Assembly (NCBI GenBank): GCA_030765505.1
Contig: JAVCCL010000001.1
Span: 12,306 to 76,305 of the forward strand
Source: Candidatus Kaelpia imicola
GTDB lineage: Bacteria > Omnitrophota > Gorgyraeia > Kaelpiales > Kaelpiaceae
DNA length: 64,000 nt
Reading direction: 5' to 3'
Positions 8,743 to 18,954 of this stretch are shown piece after piece. Position 1 is the first letter of the stretch. Every line of letters starts with the position of its first letter. A model generated the notes under the pieces. That model was given only the letters and a program-made list of their open reading frames with translations, had not been told where the DNA came from and searched no databases. A program made the translations under genes and the position numbers.

Positions 8743-10166
8743 TGGATAGAAGAGAGAGGGGATATCTTGCTCTCGTTGTATTAATAGCTCTCGGATTGAG
8801 GTTGTATTATATCTGTCAGCCTATGCGTTACGATGAGGCATTTGGATTTTTATTCTTTTTCTCTCAGCCGCTGTCGTTTTCGTTGTCACATTATATTGCA
8901 CCCAACAATCACCTTCTCTATAATCTCTTTGCTCACCCTCTATATGTTTTACTAGGGGATTCTGAATGGGTTATGCGTATACCTTCTTTTCTCTTTGGAC
9001 TTCTATTAATTCCTGCAGGTTATTATTTGATATCATCTTTGTTTAATAAAGAGTCTGGCTTGCTCTCTGCCGTACTCCTTGCAACTTCATCTCTCCTTAT
9101 AGAGTATTCTACTAATGCCAGAGGCTATACTCTCTATCTGTTGCTGGCTATTGTTTTTTTCTATTCTATAGAGCTTATATTTAAAAAGCAGAAAGGGGGT
9201 TGGGTATATTTTATACTCTCGGCAACCTTGGGTCTATATACTATTCCGGTTATGGTTTACCCTATTATAGTAGGATTATTTTGGTTTTTGACCAGGATTA
9301 TTCAAGATAGATTTAAAAAACATAAAATTAAAATGTTGATTATTTCAATGATAATTGTATCGTTGCTAAGTTTAGGGTTATATCTTCCGGTTATTCTGCA
9401 ATCTGGACTGGCTTCTATTTTTGCAAATAGATTTGTTAGTCTCGGATGCTCTTTTGGTTTTATAGAGGATTTGCCCCGATATTTATCTAATCTTTGGTCA
9501 AGCTGGATGAGGGATTTTCCTGGCTGGGATAGATTGGCATTAGTTCTAGCGTTATTTGTGGGAACTGTAGGGTCAAAAGAGTTAAGGAAAAAATATATCT
9601 CTATTCTAATACCGTCCGTTTTAGCTATAATGAGCATATTATTTTTAAGCAGAAAGATTCCTCCTCAGAGAGTCTTTATGTTTCTAATTCCGTTATATTT
9701 TGGAGCTGTCTCTTCGGCTTTAGTCTATATTTTTAAATGTGATTTTAAAAAAGTATTGTTCAGAATAATAGTTATATCGATTACCTTATTTCTCTCTTTT
9801 GCGGTTATTAAGGAGGGTGCTGTTATTAAGAGCGAAGAGACAGGGACTTTGAGCGGAGCAGAAGATCTGGTTTTATTTTTAAAAGGACGACTTAAAGAGG
9901 GTGACAATGTGTTATGTTTTATGCCTGTAGACTTTATTCTTGCCTATTATTTTAACCATTATAGTATCTCTTGGAGTTATCTGGGGGCAGATTTGAAGAC
10001 AACAGAGAGAGTCTTTATTGTTTTAAAAAAAGGGCAGGATTTAAGCTCTTTATTGGAGAAAAATAATCTCCCTAGTTTTTTAAATAACAGCAAATATATA
10101 ACGTCATTTAAAGATGCGAATCTCTATAGTTATTTGGATTTTAAATCGACTTTGTTACAATTTTGA
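8739..10166 (+). CDS. GT-C (PMT_2/ArnT-like) membrane glycosyltransferase
   Basis: The N-terminal periplasmic-loop motif PMRYDEAFGF is like the ArnT/PMT DE..Y motif. The protein is multi-TM. Confidence 0.55.
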   Translation: MMDRRERGYLALVVLIALGLRLYYICQPMRYDEAFGFLFFFSQPLSFSLSHYIAPNNHLLYNLFAHPLYVLLGDSEWVMRIPSFLFGLLLIPAGYYLISSLFNKESGLLSAVLLATSSLLIEYSTNARGYTLYLLLAIVFFYSIELIFKKQKGGWVYFILSATLGLYTIPVMVYPIIVGLFWFLTRIIQDRFKKHKIKMLIISMIIVSLLSLGLYLPVILQSGLASIFANRFVSLGCSFGFIEDLPRYLSNLWSSWMRDFPGWDRLALVLALFVGTVGSKELRKKYISILIPSVLAIMSILFLSRKIPPQRVFMFLIPLYFGAVSSALVYIFKCDFKKVLFRIIVISITLFLSFAVIKEGAVIKSEETGTLSGAEDLVLFLKGRLKEGDNVLCFMPVDFILAYYFNHYSISWSYLGADLKTTERVFIVLKKGQDLSSLLEKNNLPSFLNNSKYITSFKDANLYSYLDFKSTLLQF

Positions 10167-10215
10167 AAGAGTGTATTAGGTTTATAAGTTTTATCTAAAG
10201 GCATAGAATTTTATT

Positions 10216-11289
10216 ATGAAGAAGAAAACGGTTATTATCTCTCTTTCCGGTATAGGCAATACTATATTAGCAATACCTTTTTTGAAAAACCTCCGGCATA
10301 TTATTGATACGGATATAAGGTTGGTCCTATTAAATGCAGGTCTTGGAAAGATGCTTAAAGATGCAGGGTTAATAGATGGCTATTCTGTTTTTACAAGAAG
10401 TATATTAGCCAATTTAGTCCTGTTATTTAAATTACACAAGCAGAGGTTTGATTATTCGTTTACTGTTTTTCCTTCGAATAAAACAGCGCTAAATATTCTG
10501 GTGTTTTTAATTGCAGCACAGAATAGAATTTCGCATAGATATAAGGGTGGATTATTTAGGTTTGATTTTTTAATCAATAAGAAGGTAGAGTCAGATGTGA
10601 AGATTCATGATTTAGAACAGAATTTAAATCTCCTCAAAGTCTTAGATGGTAGAGATGGGGGAATAAGTTATGATTTAAACCTTAAACTTAATTATGATAA
10701 TTTTGAAATTGTAAAACGATATATAGAAAATAGAGGTTTAAATAATAAATTTTTAGTAGGGATTCATCCTGGAGGAGGAGGTTCTTGGAATAAGAGCTGG
10801 CAGGGTCATAAAAAAAGGTGGCCTATAGAAAGATTTGCAGAACTATCTCAAAGATTAATTGACGATAAAGATGCATATATTCTTATTTTTGGAGGTAATG
10901 AGGAAAGTTCTTTAAAAAATAGATTAGCAGATTATATAAAAGATAAAGCTAGAGTATTCGTTATGGATAGTCAGTCTTTGGAATTAACAGCACTCTTCAT
11001 AGAGTGTTGTAAGTTATTTATATCCAATGATACTGGGCTTATGCACTTAAGTTCTGCTTTATCAATTCCAACTTTAGGCATTTTTGGACCTAGTAACCAT
11101 GCAAGAACAGCTCCACGTGGCAAGAAGAGCTTTTATATAATGAATAATGTAGTTGATTGTTCACCTTGCCTAAGATACCCCTTCTATTCAAGCAGGAGCA
11201 GCATAGACTGCTCTAGGGGTTTAGCTTGCTTAAAGAGTATAAGCGTTGATGATGTTTATAATAAGTTAAGAACCAAGGGGTTAGTATAA
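10216..11289 (+). CDS. GT9 family glycosyltransferase (ADP-heptose:LPS heptosyltransferase-like)
   Basis: N-terminal ISLSGIGNTILAIPFLKNL, then GIHPGGGGSW, and C-terminal ISNDTGLMHLSSALSIPTLGIFGPS. Confidence 0.8.
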   Translation: MKKKTVIISLSGIGNTILAIPFLKNLRHIIDTDIRLVLLNAGLGKMLKDAGLIDGYSVFTRSILANLVLLFKLHKQRFDYSFTVFPSNKTALNILVFLIAAQNRISHRYKGGLFRFDFLINKKVESDVKIHDLEQNLNLLKVLDGRDGGISYDLNLKLNYDNFEIVKRYIENRGLNNKFLVGIHPGGGGSWNKSWQGHKKRWPIERFAELSQRLIDDKDAYILIFGGNEESSLKNRLADYIKDKARVFVMDSQSLELTALFIECCKLFISNDTGLMHLSSALSIPTLGIFGPSNHARTAPRGKKSFYIMNNVVDCSPCLRYPFYSSRSSIDCSRGLACLKSISVDDVYNKLRTKGLV

Positions 11290-11290
11290 A

Positions 11291-11929
11291 GTGATAAGGA
11301 TTGAAGTTGATTATAAAATAAGCTCGGATCTGGCAGCTATTATAAAAGACCGCATTAAAGGTTACATTTTAGATGTAGGAACTGGAGACGGCTCTAAGCT
11401 TTACCATCTGTTGGAAGGTTCTAAATTTAAAAAAGCCGTAGCCTTAGAGCCAGATTCTTCAAAAATTGATTCTGCAAAAAAATTATTTAAAAAAGATGCT
11501 AGAGTAAAGCTTATAAATACAGATTTAAAACATATGCCTAGACAGATTGGGCAGTTTGATTTAGTCATGATGTTTGAAGTTATAGAACACATACCTCTTG
11601 CTTTGCTTGATGGTTATATCAGGAGGATAAGAGGGCTGCTTGTTAAAGGAGGTATCATAATAGTCTCATCTCCTAATAGGTATATATATCGCATGATATG
11701 CAATTTAAAGCTGGAAAAGAGAGAGTCGACTCACGTATCAGAGATGAATTGGCTAGAACTGAGAAGGTTTATGAAGAATTATTTTAAAGAGCAGGTTTTT
11801 AAAGGAGAGTTTCCAGGTATGAGCATCACAAGAAGATTCCCTGTGTTTTACAATTATTTTTCGCTATTAAACAAAAATTTTGCTCATCCGGCTGTATCGC
11901 GTGCTATATACTGGGTTGGTGAAAAATAG
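11291..11929 (+). CDS. Class I SAM-dependent methyltransferase
   Basis: ILDVGTGDGS is the glycine-rich motif I. The start is GTG. Confidence 0.7.
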   Translation: MIRIEVDYKISSDLAAIIKDRIKGYILDVGTGDGSKLYHLLEGSKFKKAVALEPDSSKIDSAKKLFKKDARVKLINTDLKHMPRQIGQFDLVMMFEVIEHIPLALLDGYIRRIRGLLVKGGIIIVSSPNRYIYRMICNLKLEKRESTHVSEMNWLELRRFMKNYFKEQVFKGEFPGMSITRRFPVFYNYFSLLNKNFAHPAVSRAIYWVGEK

Positions 11930-11936
11930 CTTTGCC

Positions 11937-12749
11937 ATGATAAGTAAAGGTTTTTTAAAAGATAAAAATCTGAAAATAGTCTATTTGCATCCCCATGGTT
12001 TGGGAGATTTAATACTCTCTATGCCTAGTTTGGAATATATTATGGGGAGAGATTCTAATTTCGGCTTGATTGTAAAAGATGCTATATATGATTCTGGATT
12101 CTTTAAAAGCTATCCTTATAAAGAGAGAATTTTCTCTGGATGTTCTTGCATATGGGATAGACTTCAAATCGTCAAAAGCTTTAAAAATATAGATAAAATG
12201 GTAGAAGATATTAAAATTATCGGTATAGATGTTTTCTATCTTAAATTTAATAAAAATATCGATAGAAGGTTACAAATAAATAAAGGCTTAAGCAAATATA
12301 TCGGTATGGATATACCTTTTGATGATAGAGTTCATGGTAAGATCTATGTAGAAGATAAAGATATAAGATGGGCGCAGAGCAATATTAGTTCAGGAGTATT
12401 TTTTCATAGCTATTCTGAATCTGGATTTAAATCAATATTACCTAAAAAATTGAAGAAAATGACAGGCTTAAAAGATACTCCTCTTTTTATACCTACTATA
12501 GGAGATAATATTAATTTGAACTTTGCTGCTCAGAAGATAAGTAAAGTTAATATAGTAATAGATTCTGTCTATATGCATTCTTCAGCTGCTATGGCTAAGG
12601 ATATTGATTTACTATTTGTATCTTTTAAGGTAAAAAAATTCTTCCAAACCTTAAAACCTAAAAATATTAATATAAATAAAATTATCTACGGTAATTTATT
12701 TGATGCTTTAAATTCTTTTTTATTCTATAGATTTAAGAAGTTAAAATGA
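11937..12749 (+). CDS. Divergent GT9-like protein
   Basis: LKIVYLHPHGLGDLILSMPSLEYI resembles the GT9 N-terminal motif, and IVIDSVYMHSSAAMAKDIDLLF resembles the C-terminal one. The track ORF starts at 11880 and overlaps the upstream gene; ATG 11937 is more plausible. Confidence 0.4.
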   Translation: MISKGFLKDKNLKIVYLHPHGLGDLILSMPSLEYIMGRDSNFGLIVKDAIYDSGFFKSYPYKERIFSGCSCIWDRLQIVKSFKNIDKMVEDIKIIGIDVFYLKFNKNIDRRLQINKGLSKYIGMDIPFDDRVHGKIYVEDKDIRWAQSNISSGVFFHSYSESGFKSILPKKLKKMTGLKDTPLFIPTIGDNINLNFAAQKISKVNIVIDSVYMHSSAAMAKDIDLLFVSFKVKKFFQTLKPKNININKIIYGNLFDALNSFLFYRFKKLK

Positions 12750-12753
12750 AATT

Positions 12754-13887
12754 ATGGATTTAAGATTAAAATTGTTACGAAGCGGATTATTAAAACAATT
12801 TATAAGATGGGGTCTAACAGATGCCATTCTCGATCTTTACTGGAGTAGAGATAATAAATCCTTATGGAAAGAAATTAAGAGCAGTGGGTATATAGATAAA
12901 CCTAGAACAGTCTGGTTTGAACCAACAATGCGCTGTAATCTTCGTTGTGATTTTTGCCATCAGAATTCAAGAAGGAGCTTAAATTTTAAAGAACTAAATA
13001 TGCAGGAGATAGAAAAATTTTTAGATTGTGTAAAAGATTGGGGTATAGATTTGATAGAGATGGTAGGGGGAGAGATATTTATGAGAGAGGATATCTTTGA
13101 AATATTAGATCTTATAGAGATTCGGAGTATGAAGGTAAAATTAGGTACTAATGGCTATCTTCTGGATCAAGAGAGGGTAGAGAGGCTGAAAACTTACAAA
13201 TCTATAGAGAGCATAGCAATCTCAATAGATGCGGATAGAGAGCGTCATAATAGCTTAAGAAAATCAGGAGATTCTTTTCAAAGAGCTTGTCGAGCATTAG
13301 AGTTATTATGTGATGCTCCGTTTATAGTTGGACTATATGCCATTATTGTCTCTGAGAGCGTTGATTCTATTGGCTACCTCATTGATTTGGCCTCTAAATT
13401 AAAAGTCGATAGGCTTACATTTATGCCTGAAATGTTTTATTCAAAAAATGATATTGAAGAGGCGTCTGATATTTTGCATTTTAATCAGAGTGACAGGTTC
13501 TTTATACAGCAAAAAGAGCTTAGCGATAAAAAAACATATTTGCAAAAAAATACCGCTGCTATTTATGAGATAAGGAATTTAAGAAAAAGAAGTGCTGTAT
13601 TTACAGCTATATACCCAAGGATTGCAGCGAAATATCCACTTGAATTCTTTCAAGGTCGAGTGCAGAAAGAGAAGAGTTTGATATGTAAGAATCTCTGCTC
13701 CTTGACAGTTATAGAGAATGGAGATGTGCTGGTATGCCCTTTTATATACAAAAAGATTGGCAATGTAACTGAAAATAGCCCATTTGAATTTTGGAATAGC
13801 AAACTCATGCAGAGTTTACGTAAAGATATATTAAATAATAATCTATTACCTATATGCAAAAAGTGTTGTTCGTTAGCTTACATCTGA
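12754..13887 (+). CDS. Radical SAM protein with a C-terminal SPASM/twitch-like Cys cluster
   Basis: CNLRCDFCHQ is a CxxxCxxC motif. The C-terminus has CKNLCS..VCPF..CKKCC cysteines. Confidence 0.75.
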   Translation: MDLRLKLLRSGLLKQFIRWGLTDAILDLYWSRDNKSLWKEIKSSGYIDKPRTVWFEPTMRCNLRCDFCHQNSRRSLNFKELNMQEIEKFLDCVKDWGIDLIEMVGGEIFMREDIFEILDLIEIRSMKVKLGTNGYLLDQERVERLKTYKSIESIAISIDADRERHNSLRKSGDSFQRACRALELLCDAPFIVGLYAIIVSESVDSIGYLIDLASKLKVDRLTFMPEMFYSKNDIEEASDILHFNQSDRFFIQQKELSDKKTYLQKNTAAIYEIRNLRKRSAVFTAIYPRIAAKYPLEFFQGRVQKEKSLICKNLCSLTVIENGDVLVCPFIYKKIGNVTENSPFEFWNSKLMQSLRKDILNNNLLPICKKCCSLAYI

Positions 13888-14298
13888 ATGTAGGTATTTA
13901 ATATAAAAATGTAACACCAATATGATAATGTCATCTAGTCAAATTAGAAATGGCACCTTGTAAAGGTGCTATAATCGTTCCTTTCAGGGCGCTGTGCTAA
14001 GTCTACTAAAACAACCTCTCGAATTGGTATATTTTTCCAGGTTTTTGGCTATCTACATAACGCCTGTTTATAGATCTATGATTCAGAAAGGATATTATAT
14101 CTGATATTTGCATGGGAAGCCATCTATTTTGCTCGGAAATGACGAGCAATAAATCAATAGATTAATAGCGATAATTTATAAAAGGAATTTCTTGTAACCA
14201 GAGAGGAAAAGTATGAGCCTTTTTCGAAGATGTTCAAAACAAGGAATTAAGGTCAAGCAGGGTTAACGAGAGTTAAGATTATAGTTCGAGTTATTTTT

Positions 14299-14307
14299 GG
14301 GGGGGGG
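14299..14307. repeat. G9 homopolymer tract 38 nt downstream of the minus-strand radical SAM gene
   Basis: Nine consecutive G in a genome of ~35% GC. Confidence 0.8.
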
Positions 14308-14344
14308 CATTCTTTTTGTCTTAAAGTTTTCTTCTAAATACAAT

Positions 14345-15825
14345 TTATAGATGTACTTTTCTTTTAAATATAGGATATTTTCTTTGTAAATAGACCATTG
14401 TCTGCAATATGTAATAAATAGGGACAATAATTAGTATTGAAAATTTGTAAAATCTTTTGCTAATAAGTATTTCTTTAAAAGTTTTTGTTAATTTAATATA
14501 TCCGGCTAAGAAATACATAAAACTCCAATAACAATAGTTTTTATTGCTGTTTAACTTAATTAATAATCCGAATTTTTTTAAGGCTTTTTTTGAAATATCT
14601 TCAACATCTTTTCGGGTAATTAGATTATTTTTTAAATGCCTAACTGTTATTTCACAGTTAGGAAAATATAATAAAGATGAAACAGACAACGCTAACGGAT
14701 GAGGCAGTTTTAAAATAAGCTCAAATGACTTTTTCATGTCATTATTGGTTTCTTCGGGATTTCCTATGATGAAATCGTAGTTTACAAATATTTTATGTTT
14801 ATTAAATAAATTAGCGGCTTCTATTATTTGTTTATTTGTTCCATATCTATTGTAACTTTCTTTACGAATTCTCTCTGAGCCACTCTGTATGCCCAAAGTA
14901 ACTTTCTTTATTCCTGCTTCATGTAGTTTATTTACAATATCCTCATTAACGGTTGATGCTTGAGAGTAGCAAAAAGCTGGAAGGTTTACCCTTTTTTTGT
15001 ATTCATCTGTAAATGCTTGCAACCAATTAAGATCTATTGTAAAAACATCATCCCAAAATTCGACATATTGGAACTGGTATATTTTTTTTGCTATTTCTAA
15101 TTCTTGAATGATATTTTCTACGGTTCTGCGTCTGATAGAGGCATTTTTATATTTAAGTTGATTGTTACAACAGAAAGAGCAAGAAAATGGGCAGTCTAAA
15201 GATGACATGATGTGATATTTTTTGTTTATATGATTATTATAATTTGTATAGTAGATTTTATTGTTGTCTATAAATAATTTATTGTCATCACTATAGTCAG
15301 CAAAAGGTATTGTATCTAAATCTTTTATTAGAAAATTTGTTTTATTTTTGATGATGTGCGTTTTGTCTTTGATCCAAATATTAGGTATTGTGACATCATG
15401 CCAATCTTCAGTTATTGACTTGACCAATTTTGGCAATGAAATATAGCCCTCTCCTATGTTTATTATATCAGCATATTTTATGCAGTCCTCTGGGTTCATG
15501 GTAGGATGTATCCCCCCCCCCAAACAATTTTTATATCCATCTTTTGTTTAATTGTTATAGTAATTTGTTTTGCAATATCAGCGATGGTTGAAAATACGCT
15601 TATACAAAGTAAATCAGGTTGTATTTTACTTATCGAACTATAAAGTAATTCGTATTCTTTTTTAGAGGGCAATCTGTTTTTAAGATAACTGTATGTTTTA
15701 AAAAATATGGTAGTAGTGTCTACATTTTGTTTTTTAAGTATCTGTTGAAATTGCCTTATTGCTATTGAAGTATACTTGTATGAATATAAACTTAGTAGCA
15801 CAACTTTTAATTCAGGTTTTTTCAT
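14345..15825 (-). pseudogene. B12-binding radical SAM enzyme split into two ORFs by a G10 tract
   Basis: ORF 15825..15496 is a cobalamin-binding-type N-terminal domain ending ...KIVWGGGYILP*. ORF 15523..14345 starts TTG-GGGGGGGGG and carries CPFSCSFCCNNQ (CxxxCxxC). The two frames overlap on the G10 run at 15512-15521. Adding one G or removing two fuses them into a ~495-aa protein. Confidence 0.7.
15512..15521. repeat. C10 (plus strand) / G10 (coding strand) homopolymer inside the radical SAM gene
   Basis: Counted directly: ten C at 15512-15521. Confidence 0.85.
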
Positions 15826-16112
15826 ATCTAAAAGTATTTTGCTTTATGGATGTAATGTATGCAAGTTAATAATTGTATCTTCAATATTATAAAGGGGAAA
15901 GGCCGTATTTAATAAACCTCCGTTTTTCACTTGGAGCAACAATGATGCGACCTTTGATTTTCTTGTGCAGGATCTGGTTTTCCACTTTGAGGTATTCTGT
16001 CTGTTTGATTAACCGGCTGTATACCGGATGCCCCAGAAGCAGCAAAAATTCTTTAATATAAAACTTTAATATAAAACTTGTAAAAAACAACCAGTTTAAC
16101 TAATATTTTTAT

Positions 16113-16610
16113 ATGCGGCAAAACAAGGCCTTTACTTTGATTGAGCTTATAATTCTTATCACAATCTTAGGTTTTGTAGTACTGATATCTGTGCCTAATA
16201 TTGATTCTTATTTGGATGCCAGGATATATTCCTGTGCTCAGAAGATAAGTTCTGACATAAGATATACTCAGTATCTCTCTATCGCAGAGCATGAGAGCTA
16301 TGGCTTGGAGTTCAATGCTGCGGCTAATTATTATCGAGTCTATGAGGTTGATACAGGCAATCCGGCTACAGATCCTTATAGCCGGGCTAATATGGAATTA
16401 GATTTGGATACAACAGGGGAGTATAAAGGGGTTAGCATTAGTTCTGTAAATATAGATGCTTCAAATGAGTTAAGGTTTTCATCTTTGGGTGAGCCTTTGG
16501 ATTCATCCGGTAATGATTTATCGGCAGTAGGCACGATAGCTTTAAATTATAGGGGCAGGTCTAAAACAATTATGATATATCCTGTAACAGGGTGGGTGGA
16601 GGTTCAGTGA
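16113..16610 (+). CDS. Pseudopilin (GspH-like) with a prepilin N-terminal domain
   Basis: MRQNKA|FTLIELIILITILGFVVLISVP. Confidence 0.7.
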   Translation: MRQNKAFTLIELIILITILGFVVLISVPNIDSYLDARIYSCAQKISSDIRYTQYLSIAEHESYGLEFNAAANYYRVYEVDTGNPATDPYSRANMELDLDTTGEYKGVSISSVNIDASNELRFSSLGEPLDSSGNDLSAVGTIALNYRGRSKTIMIYPVTGWVEVQ

Positions 16611-17092
16611 AAGGTCTAACTCTTATAGAGATAATAATCTCAATAGTGGTCTTTGTCCTTATTGCAATTCCTCTTATGAATATATTTGCTACTGTTTCTC
16701 GGGATACCGATGTTGGTATCTATATTAATCGCGCTTCTAGCATGGCTGCATCTTGTATGGAGTTGATCTTAAGTAGATCCTTTGACGAAGAGTCTTCCTC
16801 TCCATTTACAAATCCTGTTGACCTCGGGCCAGATAGCGGTGAGATTACATTGACTGATTATGATGATGTGGATGATTTTGACGACTACTCTTTTACAGAT
16901 TCAGACTATCCCGGCATTACAACCACTGTATCTGTTTATTATGTGGATAATCCTGATTCCTCAGCTGATTGGGATAATACAGCTGCAGCTGCAACAGATT
17001 ATAAGAGGATAGATATATCGGCTGCTCATGCTCAACTTGGTACTGTAACTCTATCTAACGGAGTTAGTTATGCAGGGCATAATACGAAATAA
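16607..17092 (+). CDS. Pseudopilin (GspI-like)
   Basis: The GTG at 16607 is preceded by GGAGGT, giving MKGLTLIEIIISIVVFVLIAIPL. A GTGA overlap joins it to the upstream gene. Confidence 0.65.
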   Translation: MKGLTLIEIIISIVVFVLIAIPLMNIFATVSRDTDVGIYINRASSMAASCMELILSRSFDEESSSPFTNPVDLGPDSGEITLTDYDDVDDFDDYSFTDSDYPGITTTVSVYYVDNPDSSADWDNTAAAATDYKRIDISAAHAQLGTVTLSNGVSYAGHNTK

Positions 17093-17600
17093 AAAGTCAT
17101 TTACAATAATAGAGATAGTAATGGTCATCGTTCTTGTAGGAGTCTTCTCTTACGGTGTCTCACTCTATGTACTTAGAGTAGTTGATTCTTGGAAATTTTT
17201 AACTCAGAGATATGAACTGGAGCAGGATTCTAAATTAGCACTTGATTTTATGAGCCGGGATTTAAAAGAGATAGATATAGACTCATCATCCAATCCTACC
17301 ATAAGTTCTGCAAAAGATGATGCTGTAACCTTTACAAATACTGGTGCAGAAAGCATTGTCTATACATATAGCAGTAACGTTATCTATAAAAACTCTCAAC
17401 CCTTAACGAAGAATATAAGTAGTTTCGAGATAAAGTATTATAATCAGAGCAATGTTGAACTTGTTCCTGCTGCTGGGGTCCTATCTGCTGCACAGATTAA
17501 AGATATCTGGTATCTATACTTAAGATTCAGCGCTTCCAAGGGTGATCAGAGCAGTCTTTATAACTCTTATATTTTTCCGAGAAACTTTTTATCCAGATGA
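17070..17600 (+). CDS. Pseudopilin (GspJ-like)
   Basis: KKS|FTIIEIVMVIVLVGVF is a prepilin motif. Confidence 0.65.
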   Translation: MQGIIRNKKSFTIIEIVMVIVLVGVFSYGVSLYVLRVVDSWKFLTQRYELEQDSKLALDFMSRDLKEIDIDSSSNPTISSAKDDAVTFTNTGAESIVYTYSSNVIYKNSQPLTKNISSFEIKYYNQSNVELVPAAGVLSAAQIKDIWYLYLRFSASKGDQSSLYNSYIFPRNFLSR

Positions 17601-17929
17601 ATAATTTAATTAAAAAAGATGGGTTGGCTCTTCTCTTGGTAATCTTTGTAATGATGCTATTTTCTATTTTTGGAATGATGCTTGCCTCTATTTTTGCTAA
17701 TAGAACTGAAGTAGCAAAAGGGTTTTACCGCATGGCTCAGACTATGTTTGTAAATGATATGGGAATTGAGAGGGCAAAGCAGAAACTCTATGATGATTGG
17801 AGCTATAGGACGGCAGGCTTAAATGAAAGCGTAGATATAGCGGGACTTAATAGCAGTTATACAATCATAATTGCTGGAGCTTCTGGAGATCCGGTTGAGA
17901 TAAGCGTTGAAAGTGAAATATTGGATTAG
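17597..17929 (+). CDS. Minor pilin (GspK/PilX-like, short)
   Basis: N-terminal GLALLLVIFVMMLFSIFGMMLASIF. It is translationally coupled to the upstream gene. Confidence 0.45.
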   Translation: MNNLIKKDGLALLLVIFVMMLFSIFGMMLASIFANRTEVAKGFYRMAQTMFVNDMGIERAKQKLYDDWSYRTAGLNESVDIAGLNSSYTIIIAGASGDPVEISVESEILD

Positions 17930-17980
17930 TCTATTTAGGCTTGATTTTATTACGGTTAAACACTAAAATCCAATAACCTT

Positions 17981-18691
17981 ATGAAAATCTCATTTGTAAT
18001 CCCGGTATATAATGAAGAAGAGAATATACCGATTCTCTATGGAGAGCTTAAAGATGTTATAAATTCTGCTGGCGTTGAGCCTGAGATTATCTTCATAGAT
18101 GATGGTTCTACTGATAAGAGCTTGGATATTATCAAAAGTATAAAGAGAGAAGACCAAACCGTTAAGGTCATATCTTTTAAAAAGAATTATGGACAATCCA
18201 GCGCTTTAAAAGTAGGTTTCGACAGAGCAAGCGGTGATATTATAGCGACTATGGATTCAGATTTGCAGAATGATCCTGCTGAAATTCTAAAGTTGATCTC
18301 TTATCTTGAGAAAGGTTATGATGTTGTTTCAGGGTGGAGGAAAAATAGAGCGGACTCTTTTAAAAAGAGATTTGCGTCAAAAATAGCAAACAATATAAGA
18401 AACAAAATTATAAAAGATGGTATCAAAGATACAGGCTGCATGCTTAAAGTATACAGAAGGGATGTTTTGACTAGAATAGAGATGTTTCGCGGTTTTCACA
18501 GATTTCTTCCTATCTTGCTTAAGCTCCACGGGGCATCTGTTGTAGAGGTTGAGGTCAATCATAGGAAGAGAAAGTTCGGTAAGAGCAAATATGGAATAAA
18601 GAATAGGATATTTAAATCTCTAGTAGATACATTTATTGTTCTCTGGATGAAGAAGAATTACATTGAACCTCATATTAAGGAGGAGTTATGA
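17981..18691 (+). CDS. GT2 polyprenol-phosphate glycosyltransferase (ArnC/GtrB-like)
   Basis: ISFVIPVYNEEENI, IFIDDGSTDKS and ATMDSDLQNDP. Confidence 0.8.
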   Translation: MKISFVIPVYNEEENIPILYGELKDVINSAGVEPEIIFIDDGSTDKSLDIIKSIKREDQTVKVISFKKNYGQSSALKVGFDRASGDIIATMDSDLQNDPAEILKLISYLEKGYDVVSGWRKNRADSFKKRFASKIANNIRNKIIKDGIKDTGCMLKVYRRDVLTRIEMFRGFHRFLPILLKLHGASVVEVEVNHRKRKFGKSKYGIKNRIFKSLVDTFIVLWMKKNYIEPHIKEEL

Positions 18692-18954
18692 ATATAAAGT
18701 TCTGGCTTCTGGTGGGTTTCTTGGGGCAGATAATGTTCTCTATGCGTTTTTTAATTCAGTGGCTTGCATCTGAGAAAAAGAAGAAGAGTATAGTTCCGAT
18801 ATCTTTCTGGTATTTTAGCATAGCAGGAGGAATATTACTTCTAAGTTATGCTATATTCCGCAAAGACCCTGTTTTTATATTAGGACAGTCAATGGGTGTA
18901 ATCATATATTCGCGTAACCTGTATCTAATACATAAGAAATATCAAGTCGATTAA
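18688..18954 (+). CDS. LAB_N (lipid-A-biosynthesis N-terminal domain) small membrane protein
   Basis: WLLVGFLGQIMFSMRFLIQWLASEKKKKSIVPISFWYFSIAGGILLLSYAIFRKDPVFILGQSMGVIIYSRNL matches the LAB_N signature as I remember it. Confidence 0.6.
   Translation: MNIKFWLLVGFLGQIMFSMRFLIQWLASEKKKKSIVPISFWYFSIAGGILLLSYAIFRKDPVFILGQSMGVIIYSRNLYLIHKKYQVD

Noticed and set aside
15512-15521. Treating the G10 frameshift purely as a sequencing error and annotating one intact CDS
   Set aside because: This cannot be decided from the sequence alone. A second G/C homopolymer sits next to the same gene, and these are the only such tracts in 64 kb. I therefore report a frameshifted gene and a phase-variation hypothesis, while noting that an artefact remains possible.
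15873-16090. Two small overlapping ORFs in the divergent intergenic region. One (minus strand) has a leucine-zipper-like stretch (…YLKVENQILHKKIKG…) reminiscent of IS3 OrfA
   Set aside because: There is no DDE domain, no inverted repeats and no target duplication. The region is better explained as the promoter region for the pseudopilin operon and the radical SAM gene. A 12-bp tandem duplication (TTAATATAAAAC ×2, ~16056-16079) is present but not informative.
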